Assembly (NCBI GenBank): GCA_050946715.1
Contig: JBMNVH010000003.1
Location: 53,924 to 117,923, forward strand
Source of the DNA: Anaerolineaceae bacterium
GTDB taxonomy: Bacteria > Chloroflexota > Anaerolineae > Anaerolineales > Anaerolineaceae
Reading direction: 5' to 3'
Length of the DNA stretch: 64,000 nt
Under the pieces are notes generated by a model. It saw nothing but the letters and a program-made list of their open reading frames with translations. It made no database searches and was not told where the DNA came from. Positions 9,093 through 19,078 of this stretch are shown here, piece by piece; position 1 is the stretch's first letter; each line of letters starts with the position of its first letter. The position numbers and the translations under genes were made by a program.

Positions 9093-9854
9093 TTATTCAT
9101 TCTCGAACAATTTGGTAAGTTGGGCAACGGTGACGACTCCGTCAAAATCCGGAATGTCGCCCTTCACCAATTGTCCCTTTTCGCCCTCAGGGTCTCCGAG
9201 GGTGGTCACGATCACATCCGCGTCGCTGAGGTCTTCACGTTGGGTGTAAAAGTTGCTGGTGGCTATGACATGCATGCCAGCCGCTTTGGCTGCCTGAACG
9301 CCGTTGCGCGAGTCCTCAACGACGAGACATTCATGGGGTTGGAAGCCTGTCTTTTCCAGAGCAAGCAGATAGATAGCAGGATCGGGTTTCTTCTTTGCGA
9401 CGATATCACCCGCTAATACAAATTTGAATGGAACATCCTTGAGGATGTCATAGGCGATCGCGTGGGCTGCGCGTTCGTTGGAAGTGGTGCAAACGCCAAG
9501 CGTCAAGCCAGCCGCCTCGCCTTCTTTCATAAAGCGATGGATGCCCGGGCGCAGAGGCAGACTGCCGGATTCGATCAATTCGATGAAGCGATCTGTTTTG
9601 TAATGGTGCATTTTCATGATTAGATCGTCCACTTCTTCATCGGGAATTTCTTTCCCGAAACCTTTTGTCTGAAGATGGTGTTTCATGCGTTCTTTGCCAC
9701 CACCGATCTGGAGAAGTTCGTGGTAGTATTCAACGCCCCACTCCGTGTTGAACCCCATCGCTTTAAATGTATCATTAAATGCGATTCTGTGGCCATCTTT
9801 TTCGGTATCAATGATCACTCCGTCCTGGTCAAAAAAGATTGCTTTGATTGCCAT
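9093..9854 (-). CDS. HAD-superfamily hydrolase (CbbY/beta-phosphoglucomutase-like sugar-phosphate phosphatase)
   Basis: The 253-aa ORF has HAD motif I (FFDQDGVIIDTE), motif II (CTTS) and motifs III/IV (KKKPDP ... VEDSRNG). Confidence 0.8.
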   Translation of the reverse strand: MAIKAIFFDQDGVIIDTEKDGHRIAFNDTFKAMGFNTEWGVEYYHELLQIGGGKERMKHHLQTKGFGKEIPDEEVDDLIMKMHHYKTDRFIELIESGSLPLRPGIHRFMKEGEAAGLTLGVCTTSNERAAHAIAYDILKDVPFKFVLAGDIVAKKKPDPAIYLLALEKTGFQPHECLVVEDSRNGVQAAKAAGMHVIATSNFYTQREDLSDADVIVTTLGDPEGEKGQLVKGDIPDFDGVVTVAQLTKLFENE

Positions 9855-9863
9855 TATTACCTC

Positions 9864-10739
9864 CTATGCTTTTCCAGCACTGCCGAGCAGGTCGATCCAC
9901 CGCCCTACGACAATACGGATGGCATCGCGGACAGCGATATCGACTTTTCCAGGGTCGTATTGCTCTGGATTTGCAGCGATATAGTCTTTGGTTGTGTTAA
10001 TAAGGGTGTGTTTTAGTTCAGTTGAAACGTTGAATTTGGCTCCACCTGCTTCGAGCAGTCGTTTTACATAATCTTCCGGCAATCCGGTACCGCCATGAAC
10101 AACCAGGGGGGTGTTGATCCGGTCGGTATTGAGCATTTTGTTGATGGTTGCCATACGCTCAAAATCGATCTTTGGGTTTTTGGTCTTGTAGACTCCATGG
10201 GCGGTGCCAATGGCGGGCGCGAAAATATCCACCCCGGTGCGTTCTACGAACATCACCGCTTCCTGCGGGTTGCAGAGCGCGGCTTCGTCTTCGGATACGC
10301 GGACCTGATCTTCTACGCCGCTGACGGTTCCCAGCTCACCTTCGACTGAAGCGTCACTGTTGGCATGGCAATAATCGACAACCTCTTTTGTCTGTCTGAT
10401 ATTTTCCTCAAAAGCTTGTTTTGAGGCATCGATCATGATGTTCGTGTAGCCGATATCGGCAAGTTTTTTGCAGAATTCAACGTCAGTACAATGATCGAGA
10501 TGTAAACAAATTGGAATGGGAGCCTGGCTGGCGAGCGTGCGGTAAACCGACACGATCACTTCTGGTTTCAGGAATTTGGATGGGGTTACGGATGCCTGGA
10601 TGATAAGGGGAGCCTTTTTCTCAACAGCGGCTTCAATAACACCTTCCATTTGGTTGATGCTGGTGATATTAAAGGCTCCGACGGCATAGCCCTCTTTGGC
10701 AGCTTGTCTGGTAATTTCTAATGCATTTACAATTGACAT
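9864..10739 (-). CDS. Class II ketose-bisphosphate aldolase (fructose/tagatose-bisphosphate aldolase family)
   Basis: The product contains AKEGYAVGAFN, LHLDH and GTAHG...VVHGGTG, which are class II aldolase motifs. I placed the start at ATG 10739; the ORF track begins at TTG 10760. Confidence 0.85.
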   Translation of the reverse strand: MSIVNALEITRQAAKEGYAVGAFNITSINQMEGVIEAAVEKKAPLIIQASVTPSKFLKPEVIVSVYRTLASQAPIPICLHLDHCTDVEFCKKLADIGYTNIMIDASKQAFEENIRQTKEVVDYCHANSDASVEGELGTVSGVEDQVRVSEDEAALCNPQEAVMFVERTGVDIFAPAIGTAHGVYKTKNPKIDFERMATINKMLNTDRINTPLVVHGGTGLPEDYVKRLLEAGGAKFNVSTELKHTLINTTKDYIAANPEQYDPGKVDIAVRDAIRIVVGRWIDLLGSAGKA

Positions 10740-10808
10740 TGGACAAGAATCTCCCTTCAAAAAAACTTATGTACTGTTCGCGAGATTCTTCTTGCTTGTC
10801 ATTCGGAA

Positions 10809-11543
10809 TCAGGCTTGCAGGTTGAAAGTAACCGAGTAGAGGTCTCCGCGGTTATAACAATGAAGGTATTCGACCGGGATGCCTTCTTCGGTGTATAAGA
10901 CGCGTTTCTTGTAAAGAATTGGCGCGCCCTCCTCTATTTTGAGTGTTTGGGCGATATCGTTTTCGGCTGGACGAGCCTCGAGCTTTTGGACGCCTCTACG
11001 GACTTTGTAGCCATGAGATTCGTAAAAAGCCAGTAGGTTCTTTGAGCATGCAAGAACATCGCCATTTATAAAATCTGGAAATTTATCTGATGAAAAATAG
11101 GCTTCGTGAATTGTGACCGGGTTTCCCTCAACAATACGGAGTGTTTTCAGGCAGACTACCAGGTCTCCTTCAGCAAGCTGCAGAGCTTTTGCGATCTGAA
11201 AACGAGCGGGGATGGTTTCAACTTTTAATAGTTTTACGTCCACATCGAGACCTTCTTTTTTGGAGGTTTCGAAGAAATTACTCAAGTAGCTGTGGTCACG
11301 GGCAAAATGTTGCAGGGCAACAAAGGTGCCTACGCCATGTTTACGGTAGAGCAAACCTTCTTCGATCAGGTCAGAGAGTGATTGACGTAAGGTCATTCGG
11401 CTGACACCAAAAGATGCAGCCAGTTCTTCTTCGGGGGGAAGTTTTTCCCCTCTGTTTAAGGAGCCGTTTTTGATCCGTTCACGGATCGATTCACGGATAC
11501 GAATATATTGGGGTATACCAGTTAGATTGTCGAGATGATTCAA
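10809..11543 (-). CDS. GntR-family transcriptional regulator, HutC subfamily (wHTH + UTRA effector domain)
   Basis: The 244-aa ORF has the N-terminal block LPPEEELAASFGVSRMTLRQSLSDLIEEGLLYRKHGVGTFV. It is the first gene of the aldolase/HAD/dhaLK operon. Confidence 0.88.
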   Translation of the reverse strand: MNHLDNLTGIPQYIRIRESIRERIKNGSLNRGEKLPPEEELAASFGVSRMTLRQSLSDLIEEGLLYRKHGVGTFVALQHFARDHSYLSNFFETSKKEGLDVDVKLLKVETIPARFQIAKALQLAEGDLVVCLKTLRIVEGNPVTIHEAYFSSDKFPDFINGDVLACSKNLLAFYESHGYKVRRGVQKLEARPAENDIAQTLKIEEGAPILYKKRVLYTEEGIPVEYLHCYNRGDLYSVTFNLQA

Positions 11544-11579
11544 AAGTTCCCTTTCTTATGAACTTAACCAGGACGGGTT

Positions 11580-11593
11580 GTATAGACATCTAT
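11580..11593. promoter_or_regulatory. Candidate GntR/HutC operator
   Basis: GTATAGAC fits the GT-n-TA-n-AC core. It overlaps the palindrome ATAGA-ca-TCTAT, 37 nt upstream of the gntR-family gene start in the divergent intergenic region. Confidence 0.4.
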
Positions 11594-11648
11594 ATTATAA
11601 TTTTGTTTCGATAACTGTCAAGGCAGTACTCAATTTAATAGTAGCATG

Positions 11649-11688
11649 TCAATTTGGGACAAGCAAATTGATGGACAAGCAAATTGAT
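11649..11688. repeat. Inverted repeat TCAATTTG-N7-CAAATTGA plus a perfect 16-bp tandem duplication (GGACAAGCAAATTGAT x2)
   Basis: The tandem copies are at 11657..11672 and 11673..11688. The palindrome arms are at 11649..11656, 11664..11671 and 11680..11687. The repeat sits immediately upstream of a -35 hexamer. Confidence 0.8.
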
Positions 11689-11692
11689 ATCT

Positions 11693-11721
11693 TTGACAGT
11701 CCTTTTTATCGATGATAAACT
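11693..11721 (+). promoter_or_regulatory. Sigma-70-type promoter for the PfkB-kinase/ahcY operon
   Basis: TTGACA (11693..11698) is followed by a 17-nt spacer and TAAACT (11716..11721). Confidence 0.5.
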
Positions 11722-11733
11722 TTCGTTAAATCT

Positions 11734-11755
11734 GACGCCGGTTGGGCGTCTTTTT
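11734..11755 (+). terminator. Terminator-like hairpin inside the 5' leader of the PfkB-kinase/ahcY operon
   Basis: GACGCC-ggttg-GGCGTC is followed by TTTTT. It lies between the predicted promoter and the RBS/ATG at 11777. Confidence 0.45.
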
Positions 11756-11776
11756 GTGAGGGTGAGGAGCATCTCG

Positions 11777-12733
11777 ATGAAAGTAATACTGACAGGATCA
11801 ATCGCGATCGACTATCTGATGAAATTCCCTGGTCTATTTAAGGACCATTTGCTGCTTGAGCATCTGGATAAGGTTAGCTTGTCTTTCCTTGTCCCGGAAC
11901 TTTTGCGGCGGGATGGCGGTGTGGGCGCAAATATTGCCTACAACCTGGCGATGTTGGGCGGCAAGGCTTGTTTGTTTTCCACCGCTGGCGTGGACTTCCC
12001 TGAATACGCCAAAAGGCTTGAGGCGGTTGGCGTTGATACCAGCAGTGTCAGGATCATCGAAGATAAATACACGGCATCTTTCTTTGCAACAACTGATCAG
12101 AACAATGCCCAGATCGCAAGTTTTTACACCGGCGCGATGGCGAATGCAGCCGAGCTTTCTTTAAAAGAAGCACCTTATGAGGCGGATGATTTCGTCATGA
12201 TCTCGCCGACTGATCCCGCTGCCATGTCCCTTTATATTGAAGAGGCTATGGATCTGGGTTTGAAAATGCTCTTTGACCCTGGGCAGCAAGTAATTAGTGT
12301 TGATAAAATTTTATTAAGACGTGGTCTTGAAACAGCGCATGGGCTTTTCGTGAACGAATATGAATTTGAATTGCTTCTAAAACATTCTGGTTTTTCTAAA
12401 AAAGAATTATTGGAAAAACCGGTTTTTAGTGTGATCACCCTTGGAGCTGATGGCGCATGCGTCCATTCCAAGGGCAAAGAAATTATTGTAGAAGCTATAT
12501 CAGACTTGACGATCGCTGATCCAACCGGGGTTGGCGATGCTTTCCGCGGCGGCTTCCTGCGCGGCTATCTGGCTGGTCTGAGCCTCAAGACCTGCGCGGA
12601 GATGGGGACGGTCCTCGCTGCTGCCTGCATTCAGGAAGATGGAACCCAGGTTCATCGGTGTACCTGGGACGAATTTGTGAGAGAATACAGAAAACACTTT
12701 GATGATCAGGGTGAACTCGATAAAATAGGATAA
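11777..12733 (+). CDS. PfkB-family carbohydrate/nucleoside kinase (adenosine-kinase-like)
   Basis: The product has the PfkB signature DPTGVGDAFRGGFL and the N-terminal GSIAIDY block. I placed the start at ATG 11777 (GAGGGTGAGGAG upstream); the ORF-track start at 11684 precedes the predicted promoter. Its position upstream of ahcY fits adenosine removal. Confidence 0.75.
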   Translation: MKVILTGSIAIDYLMKFPGLFKDHLLLEHLDKVSLSFLVPELLRRDGGVGANIAYNLAMLGGKACLFSTAGVDFPEYAKRLEAVGVDTSSVRIIEDKYTASFFATTDQNNAQIASFYTGAMANAAELSLKEAPYEADDFVMISPTDPAAMSLYIEEAMDLGLKMLFDPGQQVISVDKILLRRGLETAHGLFVNEYEFELLLKHSGFSKKELLEKPVFSVITLGADGACVHSKGKEIIVEAISDLTIADPTGVGDAFRGGFLRGYLAGLSLKTCAEMGTVLAAACIQEDGTQVHRCTWDEFVREYRKHFDDQGELDKIG

Positions 12734-12748
12734 AAACTGGAGAAATGA

Positions 12749-14008
<1,260 letters not shown>

Positions 14009-14026
14009 AAACGAATTTGATTTAGC

Positions 14027-14060
14027 AAAAAGACCTTGTTGAATAAACAGGGTCTTTTTT
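14027..14060 (+). terminator. Intrinsic terminator after ahcY
   Basis: AAAAGACCTTGT-tgaataa-ACAGGGTCTTTTTT forms an 8-bp stem with one G-U pair. Confidence 0.7.
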
Positions 14061-14126
14061 AATAAAAAAATTCTGGCTATTTGGAAACTTTAATTAGTTT
14101 TAGCCCGATATCGTAAAACGAATCTA

Positions 14127-15296
14127 TTATTCCACGTCAGCTGTGCCAAGATAAAGAGTTTCATCATTGAAAATCAAAGTCATTGGTTTGTTATAAACAA
14201 AATTGATATTATCGATCTGTTCAACAAAGGGACGAATAAAACTACTTTCGCGGTCCAATAAAATGCTCATTGTTCTTTCAGAACGCTTTTCATCAAAGGC
14301 ACTTATTTTCTGTCCAGTTTCTATCAAGGTTTCATCTATTTGAGAATTACTAATAACTGGTATTTTTGCAATAGTTTCTCCTGCTACTTTATTAACGATA
14401 GAAAGTCCACCTAACACTCGTGATTGTATTGAAGATTTGGTACGAGCTTCAAGTTCAGCAAATGCATTAGTGTAGAGTTCCTGATACTGTTGGTCGAGGA
14501 GATCAATTTTTGTAGAAATTGATTCCAAATAGTCCTCATTAAAATTCTCTTGCAGAACGACTTCAAGAAAATATGCAAATCCAAACAGATATAACGATAG
14601 TTGGTAATCTTTGAAGTCGTCCTGAATCTGATCAAGCAATTGTTTTACATCTCTATCGCCATGGAATAATAACTTTTTACTAAGACGTTTTTTGATCTGT
14701 TCGCGATAAAAATCGATTTTTCGTCCAGAGCTCTGACGGATATCCAAAACTTTAATATGATTTGAAGCTTTGAATTTATCATTATTCCAATTGAATTTGT
14801 AGTTATTAAACACATCAGTTAGAAAATCCAAATCACCTTTTAACTCGGATTTTTCCTTTTGAACAATGAAATCCAACATTTCCTGTTGGGTTTCCATTAT
14901 CGTGTCAAGTTTCTTATCAATGCTTGCAAGAGTAGCAGCAACAAATAGCATAGTAGGATTGCATACCAGCGGGTTCAATCTGGCTTGTCCGACAAGAGCT
15001 TCGCTCCCATCTTGAAAAGCAGCTCCTAAGAAGCTTGCTTCCTCTTTAAACTTTGCTAAATGTGTTCCTTTAGGAATTGTGACTTTATAATAACCGCTTA
15101 CTGCCTTACCATTACTTAATACATGTTGAATAGCTGAAACAACCGGTTCAAAACCAGTTCCGAGGGCTGTAAGACGTGTTAATGGCAAACTAGTTTGGGT
15201 TACGGTAGTAATTTCACTGTCTAAGACTGCAGGTGCGACTTCAACTGTTGTTAAGGCCTGTAACAAGTTTTCTTTCCGAGTGATTTCGTCCATCAT
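14127..15296 (-). CDS. Hypothetical protein: N-terminal ~120-aa domain followed by long predicted helical/coiled-coil regions; no recognisable motif
   Basis: The 389-aa ORF is uninterrupted, and the gene plus its flanks (about 14061..15509) are conspicuously AT-rich compared with ahcY and recA. It has its own AT-rich upstream region downstream of the recA terminator. Confidence 0.6.
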   Translation of the reverse strand: MMDEITRKENLLQALTTVEVAPAVLDSEITTVTQTSLPLTRLTALGTGFEPVVSAIQHVLSNGKAVSGYYKVTIPKGTHLAKFKEEASFLGAAFQDGSEALVGQARLNPLVCNPTMLFVAATLASIDKKLDTIMETQQEMLDFIVQKEKSELKGDLDFLTDVFNNYKFNWNNDKFKASNHIKVLDIRQSSGRKIDFYREQIKKRLSKKLLFHGDRDVKQLLDQIQDDFKDYQLSLYLFGFAYFLEVVLQENFNEDYLESISTKIDLLDQQYQELYTNAFAELEARTKSSIQSRVLGGLSIVNKVAGETIAKIPVISNSQIDETLIETGQKISAFDEKRSERTMSILLDRESSFIRPFVEQIDNINFVYNKPMTLIFNDETLYLGTADVE

Positions 15297-15509
15297 TACT
15301 CCTGAAAATAAATGTTGTCCCAGATATAGAAAAACATGGGCAAGCTATTTTAAATTTTAGACTTTATATTCTAAATGTCAATGCATTACTCGATTCATAA
15401 TACAAGATATAGTTCATTTAAGGCCATTTGATTGATTTGATTATTATCGGTACCTTGTTTTTCAGTCCATTCGGTATTTATCAGTTTAATACCTAATCAT
15501 TTTAAACAA

Positions 15510-15534
15510 GAAAAGCCGACCTAAGCCGGCTTTT
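15510..15534 (-). terminator. Intrinsic terminator after recA
   Basis: AAAAGCCG-acctaagc-CGGCTTTT has an 8-bp stem and T-runs on both strands. Confidence 0.65.
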
Positions 15535-15548
15535 TACATGTTTAGCAA

Positions 15549-16646
15549 TTAATCTTCGTCAATGCTGTCTTCGCTGGGATCGAAGGTTTGGCTCAACTGC
15601 TCCGATTCTGCCATGCTGCGGATGGTATCCTCGATCTCCTGGCGAATTTCCAGATTTTGGCTCAGGTAGTTCTTGGAAGCTTCGCGACCCTGACCCAAAC
15701 GCTGGTCATTATAAGAATAGAAAGAGCCGCGTTTGTCGATGACTTCGAGCGCGGTCCCAAGGTCGAGAATATCACCTGATTTGGAGATGCCTTCGTTGTA
15801 CATGATGTCAAATTCAGCGCTGCGGAAAGGAGCGGCGACTTTGTTCTTGATCACGCGCACCCGCACGCGGTTACCAACGATCTCAGCGCCAACCTTGATC
15901 GACTGCACGCGGCGAACATCCAGACGGACAGAAGCGTAAAACTTGAGCGCGTTGCCGCCGGTGGTTGTTTCGGGATTTCCGAAGATAACGCCGATCTTCT
16001 GGCGCAATTGGTTGGTGAAGACCACAGCGGTTTTGGTCTGGCTGATTGCGCCGGAAAGTTTGCGCATAGCCTGGGACATCAAACGGGCCTGGACGCCCAT
16101 GGTCGCGTCGCCCATTTCTCCTTCAATCTCAGAGCGGGGCACCAGGGCTGCGACCGAATCAACGATGACCAGGTCAACAGCTCCGGAGCGAACCAGGGTC
16201 TCGGCAATTTCGAGGGCTTGTTCACCGGTATCGGGTTGTGAAATCAACAGTTCATCGATCTTCACGCCGCATTTAGCCGCGTAGATGGGGTCAAGCGCGT
16301 GTTCCATATCGATAAAAGCGGCTGTGCCGCCCTGAGCCTGACACTCAGCAACGATGTGCTGGCAGATGGTGGTTTTACCGGAGGATTCGGGACCAAAGAT
16401 CTCAGTAATACGCGCTTTGGGAATTCCACCGACGCCGAGAGCCATATCCAGCGAAAGTGAGCCGGTTGGGATTGATTCAACCTGCATATGCGTGGCTTCT
16501 CCCAGGCGCATAATTGAGCCCTCGCCGTATTTTTTTACAATATCGTGCAAGGCACGGTCAAGGACTGCCTTTTTGGCTTCCTGCATATTGGCATCATTAG
16601 CATCAGCCTGTTTTTTCTGAGTGGTTGTTTTTTTCCTGGTCGTCAT
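15549..16646 (-). CDS. recA: Recombinase RecA
   Basis: The product has the Walker A motif [19 protein letters not shown] and the L1/L2 loop regions. I placed the start at ATG 16646 (GGAG 5 nt upstream), which gives 365 aa. The 503-aa ORF-track version runs into the upstream DUF1015 gene. Confidence 0.93.
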   Translation of the reverse strand: MTTRKKTTTQKKQADANDANMQEAKKAVLDRALHDIVKKYGEGSIMRLGEATHMQVESIPTGSLSLDMALGVGGIPKARITEIFGPESSGKTTICQHIVAECQAQGGTAAFIDMEHALDPIYAAKCGVKIDELLISQPDTGEQALEIAETLVRSGAVDLVIVDSVAALVPRSEIEGEMGDATMGVQARLMSQAMRKLSGAISQTKTAVVFTNQLRQKIGVIFGNPETTTGGNALKFYASVRLDVRRVQSIKVGAEIVGNRVRVRVIKNKVAAPFRSAEFDIMYNEGISKSGDILDLGTALEVIDKRGSFYSYNDQRLGQGREASKNYLSQNLEIRQEIEDTIRSMAESEQLSQTFDPSEDSIDED

Positions 16647-16716
16647 TTTTACTCCGATTGATGTCTGCTTTCTTTTAAATATAGCACAATTGTTCGATAG
16701 GTCAAGGTTTGTTGTA

Positions 16717-18039
16717 TTATAAAATACGTCGGGCTTCCAGATAGAAGCGCTTATCATGGGCATGACCCATTGAGAAAGTTTTTCTGGGAAGGGTGCCGTC
16801 GAGAATAACAGATTTGAAGAAGTTGTCCTTGGTGATCGGGGGCAGGTAAAAGCCCATATTGCCTTCCTGCTTGCTGAGTTTGTCGAGCACGTCATCGCCA
16901 TGGACATAGTCGATCTCAACGTCTTCATGACCCTTGACATATTTATCAAGGAATTCCTGCAGGGTGCCGACACTGAGGTTGTGGTGGGGTTTGGTAAATT
17001 CAAGCACCTGGTATGTCGTGGGGGTGATAATTCCAACGCGTTGCGCGGGATTGCTTTCATCCAGTACGGCTTGCTTCATTTCTTCGAAGCTGGTCGCCTG
17101 CGTCAGTTGATAATCCGGCGCGTATGCAGCCAAAAGCTCCTGATAGAAAGCTTCGCCGACGCCGAACATAACACGGTGGATCGGTTCAAATTTCAGAGAA
17201 GGGTCGTGAAGATTTACCAGTTCAACCAGCGCGTATCGGGCGGGATGATCAGGCGTGGCGTTGGGTTTGGTCTCTTCCCAGATAGCTTTGGCAGTCGCCA
17301 GGGAGTGGTTGCCATCACCAACCGCAAAAAGGAGCGGTGAGGTCGTGGCGTCTTCGATTTCGCCGTATTTTTCGCGGTATGCATCCAGATCGATCAGAGC
17401 GCCAATGTTTTCGATGATCTGCTTGAGCATAGCCGGATCTTCAATGAAATGACCGGTGATATGCCCACTGCCTTCCATCAGGTCGAAATCGTAAACCAGC
17501 GGAAGGTTTTCCTTTTGCTCAAGAATGGGGGTCAGGACCGTTCGATGAGGATCATCATAGAGAACCAGGATGTGCGGGAGTTCCAACGGCGCGCCGCGGC
17601 GAACCTGCATACGGGGCGGCAGACGGTCAAGAATGGTGCCTTCGGTGGCACGAATGAGTGATTTTGAACCTACATTGTAGTTATAGGCTTCAAGGTCGAG
17701 CGCTACGATCAGTCCGGTCTGAATTTCATCTCCGACAGTTCGCTCGACCAGGACAAAACCTTGATGAGCTTCGAAGATGCCATCTTCAAGATATTGGCGC
17801 ATATGTGATTGCGCGTAGTCGATGCGATCGTCTCTGTCGGGACGATTCAGCCAGGCTTCCGGCAAGATCAGATGATAAGTGGACGGCGCTTCGCCAACGG
17901 TCGCTTCGACCCGATCCCAATATTCAGGCTCGGAAGTGAATTGATCACAGGCGATCACCGCCCACTTGTGCAGGTCTACATCTTTACCTGGCAAAAGTAC
18001 TTCGGGAATGTGAACACAATTTTTTTCAGCAGTCGTCAT
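16717..18039 (-). CDS. DUF1015-family protein
   Basis: The 440-aa ORF has an N-terminal block ([14 protein letters not shown]) and an internal [13 protein letters not shown] motif that I associate with DUF1015. This assignment is from memory only. Confidence 0.55.
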   Translation of the reverse strand: MTTAEKNCVHIPEVLLPGKDVDLHKWAVIACDQFTSEPEYWDRVEATVGEAPSTYHLILPEAWLNRPDRDDRIDYAQSHMRQYLEDGIFEAHQGFVLVERTVGDEIQTGLIVALDLEAYNYNVGSKSLIRATEGTILDRLPPRMQVRRGAPLELPHILVLYDDPHRTVLTPILEQKENLPLVYDFDLMEGSGHITGHFIEDPAMLKQIIENIGALIDLDAYREKYGEIEDATTSPLLFAVGDGNHSLATAKAIWEETKPNATPDHPARYALVELVNLHDPSLKFEPIHRVMFGVGEAFYQELLAAYAPDYQLTQATSFEEMKQAVLDESNPAQRVGIITPTTYQVLEFTKPHHNLSVGTLQEFLDKYVKGHEDVEIDYVHGDDVLDKLSKQEGNMGFYLPPITKDNFFKSVILDGTLPRKTFSMGHAHDKRFYLEARRIL

Positions 18040-18100
18040 GGGAAAGTCCTTTTCTTTAGGTGAGTTTTCCCTATTGTATCAGAGCTGACTGAAAGATTGC

Positions 18101-18955
18101 TTACTTTTTCTCCGGAAGATAAACAAAGCCAACCGCGCCTGGTCCAACGTGCGTTCCAATGACAGGACTGATCTCGCTGATAATGGAATTCTTGACCTTA
18201 AAGCGCTGTCTTGCGGTTTGGGTGATCTCAAAACTTTCCTGCTTGGCATTGGCGGAAAGGACACCGAGATATTCGATGCGCCCTTGTTTGCCAATATCTG
18301 CTTCAGCGATATCAAAAATGCGTTTGACGGCTTTTGAGAAGGTGCGTACTTTTTCGTGTGGTTGAATGGCGCCGTTTTGCAGCTTCAGGATCGGTTTTAG
18401 ATTCAGGGCTGTGCCCAGGAAGCGGGCAGCCGCGCCAATTCTACCGCCGCGATGGAGGAATTCAAGCGTATCGACAACCAATAGTGTCTGAATCCTTTCC
18501 GAAACATCAACGGCGATATCCTTACATTCCTGCAGTGACGCGCCTTTCAATGCGGCGTCTGACGCCATCAGCGCCATGATGGTCAGAGGCATTGATGCCT
18601 GCAGGGAGTTTAGGACGACCAGTCGGTCTTTAGGCAATCCCTCAGCAGCCTGAAGGGCGGAGTCCCAGGTTCCTGAGATCTTGGATGAAATAACCATCGT
18701 AAGAATGTCGTAACCTTCATCAAGAAGTTTTTCGAAAACTTCCTTAAATGCGCCAGCAGGGGGCTGCGAAGTGGTTGGCATGGTTTTGGACGCGCTCAAG
18801 CGAGGATAAAATTCTTCTGGTGTGATATCGATGCCATCGAGATAGCTTTCACCATCCCAATTAACTGATAGCGGTACGATAGTCATTTTTTGTTGTACAG
18901 CAACCTCGGGTGGGATCGCTGTGGTACTGTCGGTAACAATAGCTACTTTATTCAT
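18101..18955 (-). CDS. DegV-family fatty-acid-binding protein
   Basis: The 284-aa ORF has the N-terminus KVAIVTDSTTAIPPE, TSQPPAG, and a C-terminal PVIGTHVGPGAVG block. Confidence 0.88.
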   Translation of the reverse strand: MNKVAIVTDSTTAIPPEVAVQQKMTIVPLSVNWDGESYLDGIDITPEEFYPRLSASKTMPTTSQPPAGAFKEVFEKLLDEGYDILTMVISSKISGTWDSALQAAEGLPKDRLVVLNSLQASMPLTIMALMASDAALKGASLQECKDIAVDVSERIQTLLVVDTLEFLHRGGRIGAAARFLGTALNLKPILKLQNGAIQPHEKVRTFSKAVKRIFDIAEADIGKQGRIEYLGVLSANAKQESFEITQTARQRFKVKNSIISEISPVIGTHVGPGAVGFVYLPEKK

Positions 18956-19078
18956 ATCAATTATCTCCTGAAAACTTTTAACCCGTTAGAATTAGGCAAG
19001 TTACGTAAAAGCATCCATTATCGATGTTCCTGTATTCGTGTACAATCGTAACGATAAAACAAAAAGAAAAGTGAAAAC

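Noticed and set aside
11657-11688. Possible CRISPR-like or tandem repeat array
   Set aside because: There are only two contiguous 16-bp copies with no spacers. No repeat-spacer periodicity occurs anywhere in the window and no cas genes are present.
12734-12748. SAH riboswitch upstream of ahcY
   Set aside because: Only 15 nt separate the PfkB kinase stop and the ahcY start. The operon leader (11722..11776) is too short and lacks the conserved SAH-element features I remember.
16647-17060. N-terminal 138-residue extension of the recA ORF in the ORF track
   Set aside because: It overlaps the 3' end of the DUF1015 gene and has no RecA homology. A good RBS precedes ATG 16646.
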